Source: Oopsacas minuta (taxonomy: Eukaryota; Animalia; Porifera). From it: a stretch of DNA of 64,000 nucleotides. Positions 25,401-38,413 of the stretch are shown one piece after another. Below the pieces are notes generated by a model. The model made no database searches. It worked only from the letters and a program-made list of their open reading frames with translations, and was not told the DNA's origin. The stretch lies in the NCBI GenBank assembly GCA_024704765.1, contig JAKMXF010000340.1:1-64000 (forward strand), read 5' to 3'. A program made the translations under genes and the position numbers. Each line of letters opens with the position of its first letter. Positions within the stretch are counted from its first letter, which is position 1.

Positions 25401-27986
25401 AAGGTCACGGAAATATAGGTATATCTGTAACTCACAACTCCACTCCCAGACATAAGAGGTTCTTGTTTCATAATTTTTTCCCTCAGAGATTCTTCAGAGT
25501 TAGAAAGTGGAATATTCTTCATACGTTCTGTATCAGTTGAACTACGAGCTCGCGAACTTTCTTGCTTCATAACTTCACAATTCGCAACATCAAACTTAGA
25601 TTTCTCCTTCTCAGAAGGTGTCAAGATTAAAGTATAACTTTCGCGACTGAATTTACCGCGAATACTCGAAAATAAAGTATTGAAAGTAGAGCTTAAATCT
25701 GGCCGCACAAAACGCACTGAAAATATTTTCGTGAATCTAACAGGTTCAGTCACTAAATCCATAATCAAATCCGTCACAACTGTCAGGCTAACCAATTTAT
25801 TCCGCGGAGTTTCTTCAAGAAAACAATCAAACTGCGGAATTTCACTCGGCCAATCTGCTTCAATAGTAAATATACCAGCTGTGTTATAGAAAGAGGATCT
25901 GACATCGAGTAAGCATTGAGGGGATAAATTGTTGGTATTTATAAGAGGAGAGTTTATGTTTGAATCAGCTGTTGTTGTTGTTGATGAAGGTGCTGTAATA
26001 TATAGATATATAAATAAAGTCGGCTAAAGAAAAAACGCAGATATGGGTTCTTATAACCAGTATCTACTGCTGTAAATAGATGGACAACTAACTTGTATTA
26101 AAGTCTGAACTATCTGTATAAGAAAATTCCTGTGTATTATCATTAGTAGTTTCATTCAGATATATAATCATACCAAAACATTTTTCTATCTTTATATCAA
26201 AGAGGCCAGATTCATTGATATGTGAATATTCTCTAAAATAGCAAGGAAATTAGTAGGGTGTAAAATTATAAACGGGAAAACGGAGTAGTATATTCAGGCG
26301 TCCATGGTATATATATAGAAAACAACTAACGAATTAAGACTATCTCTTTGCAGATAGGAAGCATAAGTTTATTTAAAAGTTAGCCTTCTTATCCATGGTC
26401 CAATTAATACAATAGAATTCATATATTTACCTTTTAGAAAGTTTGATTTTAAATTTACGTTGTGCTCCAATCTGAAGTTTAAACACATCTTTTTCAAACG
26501 GTATCTTATTCCAAGATCCATCTCCCTTCAAATCTTCCCTAACTTGTAGAGTAAGATCATAAGAATAGCTGAGCTTAGTACCAATGGGGGGTAGCTTATT
26601 AGCTAGCAGTTTACGAGGGTTTGGTTTGGTTTCTCCGTCGTTGAATGCGCTAGAAAACGCTCTAACAAGGAGAGAAGGTCCAGAAGTATCTAACATCTAA
26701 AATAAGGGAATAAATCATTATGCTAATATCCATTGTTTTGACGAAAATGGTCCCACTAATTGCTTATTACATATCTACCCATGGATGGTGGATTTATATA
26801 TCTTCATTTGTACGGACTAGGAATATGTAATATATATTATCACTCCGCTTCCAGAAGTTACCATTTCCACAGGCTCCGTTTGTGGAGGTTACACTGTGTA
26901 ACATAATGTCTGTATTTCCAATACAAACCATACCTTTATAACATGACATTGAAAGGCTTCACTCCCATCACTCTTATGACTAACTGTAAATGTAAAACAA
27001 TCTCTAACAGTATCCTCAGTGCCTCTAGAGCAGAATAGTATAGTTCTAATGGGATATGAACACAATATAGAGTTTGTATTAGCTTCAATGAGCTGTAGAT
27101 CTCCTGTAGAATCACGTGATAAGAGTATGTGTATTGTTTGATTGAATGACGTATCTTCTGATGATCCTGATTTGAGTATTTGCATTGTTCTAGCTGCTTC
27201 AGGCCTTGACATAGGAGCGTTTACGTTAGAGGACCCTGTATAAGGAATTATATAGTGTGCCAGCAAGGTTTCAACCGCTTCCACCCATGGACCCCCAAGA
27301 ATAGAGGGAGAGATTGATATTATGAGGATGATATATTTGTACAGTGTATACCGACAATACATATTCTTATAACCTGCATAAATATACACGAATATATGAG
27401 GACAGTTATCCAGAGGATGGCACTTATATCCAGCATGTTCGTATATCTGGCGTTCCGACATTCATCGTATGTCTAACAAAAACGAGACAATATCACATAC
27501 TGGTAAGTTTCGTAGAGACATGAGACGTTCTGCCAAAATATGTGCAAATTGGCTAGACAGTTATACAGGCTATAAGAACATGCGAGATATAAGCACCATC
27601 CTCTGGAAATAGGTTCTCATATATTCTTGTATATTTATACCGGTTATAAGAATATGCATTGAGTGTTCTTATAATGGCATCCACTGCATTCAGTGAGTTG
27701 ACCGTATAAGAAGAGGTAATAACTCACCCAAATAAACAGCACCATTATATCTAAACTTATCAACATCATCATGTGTACTAGTCGGTTTCTGCGGAATATC
27801 ACACAATTCTGAATTAGGATTCTCAACTTCACAGTTATTAATATCTACCTGAGTGTCATCTGTAACGATATCGACGTGTATTTCCTCAAAAGATAGAACA
27901 GTAGGAGAATTCTCTGTATCTGAACTAGTGTTAACAAACGCTATAGTCTTCTCTGTAGATTCTTCTCTCAATAATTCTGTACTCAT
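22449..27986 (-). CDS. RABGAP1: RabGAP1/RABGAP1L-like: PTB domain, middle domain, TBC Rab-GAP domain and C-terminal coiled coil; about 20 exons
   Basis: PTB (LCSYPIRTILFCSRG...FQCHVIK), TBC motifs ([40 protein letters not shown]) and coiled-coil exons ending KKQKKSTVSK*. ATG at 27986. Confidence 0.9.
26810..26894. repeat. Dispersed repeat family E ending in TTTCCACAGGCYCCGTTTGTGGAGGTTACAC
   Basis: A ~70-bp match at 31261-31327 (reverse). Core CGTTTGTGGAGG also at 3546-3563 and 5118-5132. Confidence 0.65.
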
Positions 27987-29034
27987 AATAATTGTATTAT
28001 TCCACAAATTATAGTGCTAAATACCAGGTTAGATAGTACTTATATACAGAACCATGGATAATATATCATAGAAGTTTACAAACACTTCGCCTATTAGCAA
28101 GTCCTATTTGCGAACTCGCTATAGAGAAGCGGGTCCCATCCTTTTCAACCGTGTACCCCCTCCCATAGACATGGGCCACCAAGGGACCCATAGGCCCGGG
28201 GGAACCGAACACCATTGTAATTTCAAAGTACCTGAGTTTTCATATAGTGCACTTGTAAGAAAGAGCAGTTCATAAATTATGATAATTATAGCATAAAATC
28301 GGAAGTTTATTGGCCATTGGAATGTTCTTGTTGGAAAGTTTTAGCATACTTGGTTATAAAACCAAACTAATTGCCAACTTTCACGGATTTTCGCGGCTCT
28401 AACTATAATTCTGCTGGTTTTTCGCTCCTTAACTGTGCATTTTGATGCAGAAATGCCAAATCTCAAGGGTTGGTGAAACGCCAGCAGGTTGGCATCAATA
28501 TATAATTTGCATCATATTTACGTCAAATCAGCCAACAAAATATACATCATTAACGAAAATTCAAAATATATCATTTTCACAACTAAATAATTTGTAGTAC
28601 AATTCATTAATGATCATTCAACAGAAACAAATAAATGAATACAGTTAACAATTGAATCCTTAATTACAGTAGTTAAGCATTACTTACAGAGGCTTCCAGA
28701 CAAATCAAATTATCTAAGCCATTTCCACAATAGTATAAATTCTCAATTGACGTATTCAAACTATTCAAATAAACCACACACAACACAATGCAATACTACA
28801 GTAGGCATTTATAATGACGTATTCAATTACCTTACTTTCATAATATAAAACACATTCTCTACGCCATATATTGCTCAATAAGTTTTCACTTCTAAAAATA
28901 GCTACAGCGCATTTATAAATAGCTAGGAATAATTCAAATTATATTCTTTTCCATTAGAAATATCTCAATTTTCTACCTGCCCTACTTTCTTGGAACACAC
29001 AAGCCAATTGCCCGCTTTAAACACTTCATATTTC

Positions 29035-30840
29035 ATGGAAAACCTCAGCACAGATCATGATACTACTCCCACAAATACCAGTCTTACATTTCAAGAACAA
29101 TCTCAACGGTTTGGAGTCCTTTCCTCCCAGCAATTCCATAAATTACAACAGATACTGCTAACGCCCGTCTCAATCGGTGGAGCTAATATACAATCACCGA
29201 TACTGGTTATCAAACCGTTTGAATTGATACAAAAGATCAAACGTATTCTAAAACAGAATGGAATCCCAGTACGTGCTGTGAAAATGAATGGCTCTACCGC
29301 AGGGTATGTTCTGCAAGACAAGAAATGCGAAAATGCGAACGATGCATTCGAATACAATCAATCACCTAACACATTACGAGATAATATATTTGAAACGGTG
29401 GAGAATTGTGATTCAAACTCTGATTCATCAACTAGCCCCTGTTCTTACTTGTCCGAGAGTGAAACTGATTTTGCTTCAGGCACTGACAGTGGCAGTGTAA
29501 ATTCCGACACCGAAAATATCACACAAACATTATCCGAAATCCCTCTAGAAGAAAATAACAATAACAACAACAATATATCTCATACGTCTCTGAGAGAATT
29601 CACGCCAACAGATTTAGATATAGTATTCGAGGTTGACTTGAATTCACATATCGATTATCAAAACGTGAAATATTCTGTTTTGCAAGTTCTTTTCGAGTTC
29701 TACCCATCCAATCTCAAGAATACTCTTTCGTTTTCCACGTTAGAATCCGCGTATATTCCGAGAAAAAAGAAAATTTGGCAAGATAAGGGAGATAAATGGT
29801 CGTTTCTATCACTTCATAACCCAGAAGGTAAGAATATCGATCTCAAGTTTATTTCAAAAATAAAGCGTCCTTACGAATTCTCAGTCGATTCCTTCCATAT
29901 ATACCTCGATGTGTTATGTGATTTTCTGAGTGACGAATATACACCAACTTCAATCGATCCGACAACAAACTCTATACCCTACGGGCTACAAATCGGTGTG
30001 GAAACGAAGTACCTAGATCTTCAAGATGCCCTCAACCATTTGAATAACAAAATAATAGAAACACATAAACCTGAGGAAATTCGAGGCGGTGGTTTACTAA
30101 AGTACTGCTATCTTCTGATCCACGGATTTGACACATCATCTAGTGAACGCCAGAATATCTTAGAACGATATATGTGCTCGCGTTTCTTCATAGATTTCCA
30201 TATACGGTCACCTGAATATGAACGAAAAATACTCTCGTATTTGTCCGTGCATTTTCCTGGGGCTTCGTGTCCACAAACAGCTGATGCGTATATGGAAGTT
30301 GTCCGCGTAATCGGGTTTCTACGTACTCTACAAACTGTCGCAAAACGTTCAGCTATTTGCTTAGGAAAAGAAGATTTACACATCGCACTAGCTATTATAG
30401 ATCTAATAATAGGTCAATACACACAGCCACAGATGCTTACATACTCTTACATACCGTATTATATCCCACAGCAATATCTACCGAAATCTAACACTTTATC
30501 TGAGGAAAAACCGAGCCAAGAAAAGTCGAAAGTCTATGTAGAAGATAGAAAACCTTTCGTACCGAAATCTAACACATTTGTCGAAGAATCAAAATCATAC
30601 AAACCGAAATTACACGAAGAATCTGATACGAATAAATCGCGAAATATAACAGAACGAAAATTATCACAAGACGAAAATATGTTCTCACCAATCGCAGCTT
30701 CAATGTTCTACAATTTTCTTCCAGTATTCGCCATGCCCAATATGCGTCCTCTATACTTCAATCCTATCCAAAAACAGATGATATACAACCAAACACCACA
30801 ACAACATGAAACATTCAAAAGTAAACAAAACACAAACTAG
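29035..30840 (+). CDS. TENT5: TENT5/FAM46 non-canonical poly(A) polymerase, intronless
   Basis: MNGSTAGYVL...DLDIVF, DKWSFLSLHNPEGKNIDLKF, EFSVDSFHI, EIRGGGLLKYC and YMCSRFFIDF are FAM46 hallmarks. First ATG is 29035; the track ORF starts at TTG. Confidence 0.95.
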   Translation: MENLSTDHDTTPTNTSLTFQEQSQRFGVLSSQQFHKLQQILLTPVSIGGANIQSPILVIKPFELIQKIKRILKQNGIPVRAVKMNGSTAGYVLQDKKCENANDAFEYNQSPNTLRDNIFETVENCDSNSDSSTSPCSYLSESETDFASGTDSGSVNSDTENITQTLSEIPLEENNNNNNNISHTSLREFTPTDLDIVFEVDLNSHIDYQNVKYSVLQVLFEFYPSNLKNTLSFSTLESAYIPRKKKIWQDKGDKWSFLSLHNPEGKNIDLKFISKIKRPYEFSVDSFHIYLDVLCDFLSDEYTPTSIDPTTNSIPYGLQIGVETKYLDLQDALNHLNNKIIETHKPEEIRGGGLLKYCYLLIHGFDTSSSERQNILERYMCSRFFIDFHIRSPEYERKILSYLSVHFPGASCPQTADAYMEVVRVIGFLRTLQTVAKRSAICLGKEDLHIALAIIDLIIGQYTQPQMLTYSYIPYYIPQQYLPKSNTLSEEKPSQEKSKVYVEDRKPFVPKSNTFVEESKSYKPKLHEESDTNKSRNITERKLSQDENMFSPIAASMFYNFLPVFAMPNMRPLYFNPIQKQMIYNQTPQQHETFKSKQNTN

Positions 30841-33489
30841 ATCACTCAATCTTTAACCCCCTCCCCTGCATCCAGATTTTCTAGCAAAATCAGCTGATTA
30901 GGTAAATTCTCACAACCCCAGCCAAGACTTTTATCTTAGAAGCACTTCTTCCGTTACTCAATATAATAGCACATAGTATTATATTAATATTATTATTGTA
31001 TTCTGTTTTCGACCCATCTGATTACTTCATTCCACTACTCTCTATTGTTTATGCAATCATTTGATTGTAGAACACTATTGAACTAGATTAATCTATTTTA
31101 GATGGAGGTTGTGTGCAGGCATGTAAGCTGTGTTAATTATATAGAGCATTGGTTGTGTATTGTGATTGTTACTACTCTTCGTTAATGTACTTTGAAAAAA
31201 TATTAAAGAATTTTCTTAATATGCCCATATATGGTCGTAAAGTCAGAGTTTGTTTGTGCTGTGTAACCTCCACAAACGGGGCCTGTGGAAACGGAGAGAA
31301 AATATATAGAGCGATTTCCTAGTCCAGACGGGAAGCATTTTTCGGCGTTAGACTTTAGACTGAATAGAATTCCTATTACAATATGGATAGTAATGTCCTT
31401 ACATAGAAATACAAATATTTACATAATACAGTGTCTACATTAAGCTGGCGTTTTTCCAAAATAAGTTACAAATCTGAATTTATTTCAGCAAAATAAGAAT
31501 GAGTTCGAAGGCTAATTTCGCAGCTGAAAATTCTCATAATAATTATCCATGGTTGAAAAATACAACCTTATTATGGCCTGTTAATATTATAGAAATGAAT
31601 ACAACCAATTATGGTATTACAATGGTATTTTATGGTCAACAAACTGCATGCTGATACAAGTTTTCTTAATAGCTAAATATTCATCATGCTTACAAGGAAA
31701 GCTTTGTATATATTGCGTGCTGAATACACTATTAGTAACACTAATTTCGGTGCTTATACAGTCAGCATTGTTTTCATAGCAAATGATAACACAATATACA
31801 TGTGTAATATATAATCTTCTCTGTAGTTATTAATGTCACAATAGCTGTACTTATCTCTATATTATCTTAATTATTTGTTGCACAATATTTGATAGAATAT
31901 TTCCAATACATCTATACCAATATTATCTACCAAAATAGATAGTTTACTTCTTCATAGCATTCCTAACCTCACTACTGGTTGCTAAGCATGTAATTGATAT
32001 CCTGTGACGTTGTTTCAGCGAATTTAAGAATAATTAATGTAGATTCTTAGTAATTTAATCTGCAAAAACTTAATATAGAATTCACTAGAAATTTGATTAT
32101 TTCATCCTACGTTAGTATATTTAGTACTCATGACTTCCGTAATATATTAACAGGAGCATGAGCTAAGCTGGCTCAAATTGGAAATCAGTTAATGACAGCC
32201 AAATATGTTAAGCAAGATATATGATGTATAATTAGGGTCGATTTGACATTGTAAAACATGGTTTTTAGTTAATTAACGCCCAAAATCTTCCATAAATTGT
32301 CATTTAAAATTAGAATTTCTAGCATAAAATGAGCCGGAATTGCTTGACTGTTCTCTAAGACCTTAAACCCTCACTTCCAAGCTTGTTATCCGTGTTAATA
32401 GGCTGCATAATGATGTCAATAGTACGTCACTATGATATTTGAGGATAATTTCTATTTGTGTATGTTTTATATAATTCAAGTATTGGAAGCTATCCATTAC
32501 CATTGGACTATAGATTGCACCAATATTTATTGATCTGTTATATTATCTGCACATTCATACAATGGATAAATACTCAAGAGTACACAACAATAGCAATAAT
32601 ATTAATGAGGTGTATTTCTGAATTTACTATGTATACAACATTTATATTCAACTGTGGTAATCCATGGTACCAGAAACTTGAATCTGCACAAGATTTCTAA
32701 GCAATATGTTTGTATGAATAAATTAGAATTAAGTGAAGATATTTCGCTATTTACTTATTAACCAATGAGAATATCCGCTTAACCGCGGGTATTCTAATAT
32801 GTAGATATAACAAATTATAAAAGAGTCCTGTTTATAACTCTAATAACTGTAACTGCATATACAAGAGAGGAGTATTGTTCTATAGATGATTTCCTCTTCC
32901 AGCTAGAGATAAACTCTGGATTGTGCTGATTGGCAGTTTATTGTGATGCATTATTCTCTATCTATTATGTATTTATTCTCATTAATTAGTAATCAGTGAA
33001 TAAACTAGTTTGATTTGTATCCGTAATCAAACCATGGATTAGCTAAAATTGGCAGTTATGAATATGTTTACTGCAGGTGCGGTACCAGGATTTGGCATAC
33101 CTTGGGTCAGGTTTCAATTATGGTTGCCCCCTCCCCTAGCCCCTAGGACCGCCACTGCTTGCCATGTCCGTAGCAAAATTTGAACTATCTATAGCAACCA
33201 AGAGTTTATCGGGGATTTTGGGGGCCAGCAATTTACTGTGGAAAGATACTGAAAGGAAGATTAAAGGAAATTCCACCAAAATCATCAATACTCGCAGTAA
33301 TCTATGATTCATTCGAAAACAAAATACTCGGTTACAACATGCAAATACTGAAACCACATTAGTAACTTCTTGTAATATAATAACCCCAGAACATTCTATT
33401 TTACTCAAATCATTATATATTTAAAGAATAAGCAATAAATATGTACACAACCAACATATTTCTACAGATAACTAATAACAACGAATAAA

Positions 33490-36095
33490 TTACAAATAAG
33501 GACTTTTTGATTGCATCATTTCCACATAATCTTCTTCTCCACTATCTACTGTAGCAGGTTGATTCTCTATCTTATTTGTTGGATGTTTAACATTCATTTC
33601 CACATCAAGAATAGTGTTTAAATACCTAGGGCCCTGTTCCTTCCTGACGTAAGGTTTAGGAATCGTTGGTAACGGCGCACTTATCTTTGTATTCTGTTGA
33701 CGTTTGTTTTGTGCCTTGAAAGATGCAGTATAGCATTTATCCCTCAATTCTTCGTTCTGGAAAAGAACAGTTAAATGCACTTCACGTGATTGAAATAACA
33801 CAGACTTTCCGTAATCATTATTCGTTTCAAAACCTTTGCCAATATACAAGTTAGGTAATTCCATTGAAATCTCAGCGTGTACATCTTGAAACGCGAAAAA
33901 TATATACAAAATATCATCCGCAATGCCGCAATATCGTTCACCAAGCTTCCAATGATTCACATTAACGTTTTTCGCCTTGCTGATGAATGAGAATTGCGCA
34001 CTAGGAGGCAATCGGCGTACAGATTCCAGTATTAAATAGCCATGTTCAGAATTTGGAACATCGGATTGTACAGAGCAATCACTTAACTTTCTTGTTTTAT
34101 CAGTAGGCAAGGATGTTATCAACTCTGATCTAAAGGAAGATATGCTAATTAATCTGGGTTTATGATTTGCAAAGGAATTTCCGAGTAATTGAAAGTGCTT
34201 TGTTTGAATTTCGTTGGCATCGACATATTTCCCACGACTAATTACTGAACACGATTAATATGAGTAGTTAATTGTATTCATGTATAGATGCCAAATAGAA
34301 ATTATGTGTAAAATTTCGAGGAATTTTACCAAAACATCAAATTTGAAGAACTTCTAACATCCGTATATATTTAAGCAAGCACATAACTACAGTCAACTCC
34401 CGTTATATCAACACGGATATACCGAAGTCTGGAATTGTACAAATATGGTCCCAAACCGTCAAAGTACAGTCAACTCCTGTTACATCGAAGCTCAAGGGAC
34501 CACGATAATTTCTTTGATATATGCGGAGTTCTATATAACTGATGGAATATATTTGGGACCATGTATTCGTACAATTTCATACTTCGATATATCCGTGTTA
34601 TAACCGGAGTTGACGGTGTCTTGAGTAAACAGGTAAGAAAAACATTATATATCAATAACCGCAGGATTAAATATACAAACTAACTTTTCTTGAGGTTGAT
34701 TCGGTACAGACAAATCTCTGGTATAATTCACATACTCTAATTTATTCTTCTCCACAGCATTATTGTTATCATTAACTGCTACATTAATATCTGTACTGAA
34801 AGAAGACTTAATCTTGAATTTATGTTTAGTAGGGACTCTTGGTGACCAGTTTGAATAAGGAGGTGAGGGAGTTTTGGTGTGTTTAAGGGAGTTACATGCA
34901 GAAGTATTTAGCAAATTAAGACCCATTTCTTTGTCGTTGAAGTGGTTTTCAATCGATTTTGATCGGTTTCTTGTCTGATTATAGGGTTTGATAATCTAAA
35001 TAACTTGATACATGATTGAAATATTCTATTAAAAATTGTGTCATTGCTTGCTAATTGCAGCTTTATAGGGAAATTCGCTTGCTATTCTTACGGAAATTCG
35101 TACATTTTTGAGAGTAGAAATTTATAAGTATATTGGATACAAATGTGAGTGTAACAAGGTATTCATGCTACAAACTTCAATAGTTCATATCATGTTCATG
35201 CCACAGTTTATGCCATATGCTAATAGTTCATGTCGACTGCCAAGTTCATGACAACAGTCAAAGGTTCATGACAAAGTTCTTGGTTCATAGCAAGTTCATA
35301 ACAAAAGTCCAAAGTTCATGCCGAAGCCGAAAAACTATGAACTTTCATATCTGACAATACTCACAATAGCTTGATTGTTGTCCATCTGCTTTATCTTCAT
35401 TCGAAGTTTATCCATATTAATATCTCCATCTAATTTAAAAGCAAGTTTATTTACAGATTTCCAAACTTTTTGTAGCTCTGTGAAACAATCTAAGAGTTCT
35501 CTCTTCACATTTGATAGATCTTCTGTTAACGGTATGTTAGATAATCTGGTAAGAAATGCTGTTCCATCTAACAATAAGGAAAGGATTTAAATAGGGAAAG
35601 GCAAGGGTAGTCCCCTAGAATATGCAATAATGTTAATTAGGATGCCAGTTGGCCCAATTGTCCAACATTTAATTCCGATCGAATACAGTCACCTCACGTT
35701 ATATCCAACACGGATATATCGAATTATCTACTGCCATCGAAGTCTATAATTGTACGAATATTCTCCCAAACCATCAAAGTTTCGCGGTCCCTTGAGCTTC
35801 GATATAAAGGGAGTTGACTTTAGTTTGCAGAGGAAATATCTTAATAATAGTAACCATTAAGTTGAAATTCAAGTATATCAATTCCGTTATAACGAAGCTC
35901 AAGGGACCGCGATAATTCCTAGGATATAACCTATGCTATTGATGTAACTTTAATGGTTTGGGACCTGTATTGCACAATTTAAGACTTCGATATATGCAGA
36001 TATTCCAATATAACGGGAGCTGACTGTATCATTCAGAGCTATAACTCACAGTTTAAAGTCTGTATTGTATAATTCTTGAGTGTATCTTGAGACAT
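33490..36095 (-). CDS. PH-domain adaptor-like protein with an N-terminal helical region and Tyr motifs; 4 exons
   Basis: Exons join in frame: 36095-36047 (MSQDTLK...), ~35567-35370, ~34994-34685 and ~34130-33490. PH-like core HWKLGERYCGIADDILYIFF...LFQNEELRDKCY; motifs YVNY and YVEM. Confidence 0.6.
34390..34616. mobile_element. MITE family A (TIR CAGTCAACTCCCGTTATATCG, TA-flanked, Tc1/mariner-like ends); composite copy with a second internal left end at 34467
   Basis: The ends CAGTCAACTCCCGTTATATC and GTTATAACCGGAGTTGACGG are imperfect inverted repeats. Related copies at ~1424-1504, 2513, 5480-5527, 6048-6135, 7304-7360, 14694, 35686-35820, 35878-36026 and 55984-56152. Confidence 0.75.
35160..35345. 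repeat. Degenerate array of about 10 GTTCAT(G) motifs in an intron
   Basis: AGTTCATA, TGTTCATG, AGTTCATG, AGTTCATG, GGTTCATG, GGTTCATA, AGTTCATA and AGTTCATG, irregularly spaced. Confidence 0.6.
35686..36026. mobile_element. Two adjacent family-A MITE copies in opposite orientation, filling intron 1 of the PH-adaptor gene
   Basis: TACAGTCACCTCACGTTATATC...GATATAAAGGGAGTTGACT (35686-35820) and TCAATTCCGTTATAACG...ATATAACGGGAGCTGACTGTA (35878-36026). Both share the internal GAAGCTCAAGGGACCGCGA motif. Confidence 0.75.
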
Positions 36096-38310
36096 TTCCT
36101 ACTCCAGTTACGATATATAATATTATATCACATATTATGTATTTATACTGATCAGATAGTGATCTTATTACATGTATTTATCCATGGAATTCTATACCAT
36201 TATATTGTACTTTTGCTAGGTTGTATTGGAGTAACACATTAATATATAATGATTGTGGAGTTTCGTGGTTAGTGCTGTAGGTAAAATACGAATGTTGTCC
36301 CTCTGGTACTGTTTGCGCTTTAAAACTTTCGCTTTAGAACTTTCGCTATTGCCAAAAATGTTATATATTATTCAACAATGATTATATTGTAAAACTATAT
36401 GATTTGGTTTAAATAACAGTATGGCAAGTTCTTAACTGTCCCGTTTGTTTCAGTTTTGGACGTATGTTGAGTAATTTGTCTACTACAAAATGGCTAAAAG
36501 TGTAATTATCATGATATTGGTCATTCATATACTGTAATTAATAACCATGAATGACGAAATATTAGCAAATCCATTCTAGAAAGTCGACTTATTTGCCTAC
36601 CGTATTTCCTGATGCGCCGTGGCTAAAGAAATTATACAAGACTTGTGAATATACATTTCTAGAAAAAACTTTTTGATGAATTTTACACCTAATATGACTA
36701 TGTAACAAATTTGGTGATTAGTTTCATAACATATTTCAATAATGAAAAATTATACAATGGATTCAGGTAAATAGAACACCCTTAGGAGTAGCAATGCATA
36801 TTCTTATAACCGATAGAAAATATACGGGAATATATGAAAACCGTATTCCAGAGGATGGTACTCACATCCGGAATGTTCTTATCTCCATCACTAATCTACA
36901 ACAACTTACAGAAAATACATTAAACCACACGTTAATAAAGTACATAAACCTCACAGCTATATCAGATATAACCTTACTAATGAAATCTGAACCTTACTAG
37001 TATGTACAACCTCTACGCAACCCTACATACTGATATCAGTATGATATTCAAGAAATTCTTAGATTGTTCATAGTTCACTCATTGTTCAATTCAATATATA
37101 TAGAGATAGACCAGTGGCATACATAATATATACACAATTTCCTATTTTCTATTCCTAATAATAAATTCATAGATCAGCTATAATTATGGCAGACAAGGTT
37201 AGTTGTTTTTGAATTAATGGAAATATATTGCTATTAGCGTTGGATAATTGTAGCCTAGATATCTTGGCTATTCCCCAACATATAGGAAATATATAGGCAG
37301 CAATTACACACTATCGTATTGCACAACAAAGAATACACAAATTTTGTCCGAAGAAATGTCTGTAAATTATAACTGGGCATATTATAGCTTTACTTGTCTG
37401 TTTTCTTACGTTGTATATCTATATCTTAAGACTGTTACTGTCTTCATTAATAATATTATTAGTGATATCTTCATATACTCTAGTGAGTAAATCGGCAGGG
37501 AAACAAGCAAATTCTAGGAATATTGGCAAATCAAATGGAAGCTTCTTTGGCTTCAAGTGGATACGTTATGGCATTTTCCACCCCTCCCGTATTTGAAAGC
37601 CGTCGAACTTCGTCCATAACATTATAGCCAACACAAAAATTTTGAAAACATCAAATACAATCAAATATATGTCTTTAACCTAAAATCATCATAAGAAATC
37701 TTCCAAAATCATTTTTCTTACAAAATATCAGATAACACATTATACTATTAGAAGTTAGTTACACAATTCCTTGAGGTTTCACGTAATTTGTTTCAAATTA
37801 CGTCTACAAGACAATGCCAGCATGTTCTAATACATCAATGCATAGCATGGCTTTAATCATTCTTGAAAAGCTTCCCGGACTTAGCTTATAAACCAAAAAT
37901 GCTTTAGTATTACCAATTTCTATTTTAGTTCGTTTAATTACATTCGATTTGAGTTCAAATAATTGGAAATGGTGAGATATTAAATTCATTAATTAGCTAA
38001 TAGGAAGCAATACTAATGGTTTTGCGTGGTTGATTGGATTATTTTTACAAGAAATTTAGATAAAATTTGTTTGAATAAAACAAGTAAAAGACAGTTCACC
38101 CAAAATAGTACATACGCTAATTGCGTGTAAACTTTGTTAAGAAAACAAATTGCTATATTATACTCGTGAGCACACGCATACAGTAATCAATGTTGTATTA
38201 CTCGGAATTCAATTTTGAATGTAAGATAGCAATTTTTACAACTAAACTATGCGTTGCTATTTTTATGACGTAATAGCCAATGTTCTAACAGTTTGTCTAT
38301 CTTAATAGAC

Positions 38311-38413
38311 CAGAGGTGTGTATCCAGGAATTTCTGGGCAGACACTTATTGGACGGTAACATATTTATCCTGCACCAAATAAGGGTGGTGACAAGCACCT
38401 AGATAAGCCCCTG
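38311..38413. mobile_element. Small GC-richer TIR element (CAGRGG...ATCCAGG / CCTRGATAARCCCCTG); related copy at 11606-11708
   Basis: The two copies share GGAATTTCT(T)GG and AAGCACCTRGATAARCCCCTG. Confidence 0.55.

Noticed and set aside
30481-30590. Duplicated PKSNT motif in the TENT5 tail as a domain
   Set aside because: Only a short internal duplication in a low-complexity tail.
33136-33408. 90-aa minus-strand ORF downstream of the PH adaptor
   Set aside because: Non-ATG start; its 3' end runs into a GC-rich repeat-like end. No homology recognised.
36794-37000. 68-aa ORF
   Set aside because: Mostly a translation of a family-B MITE copy.
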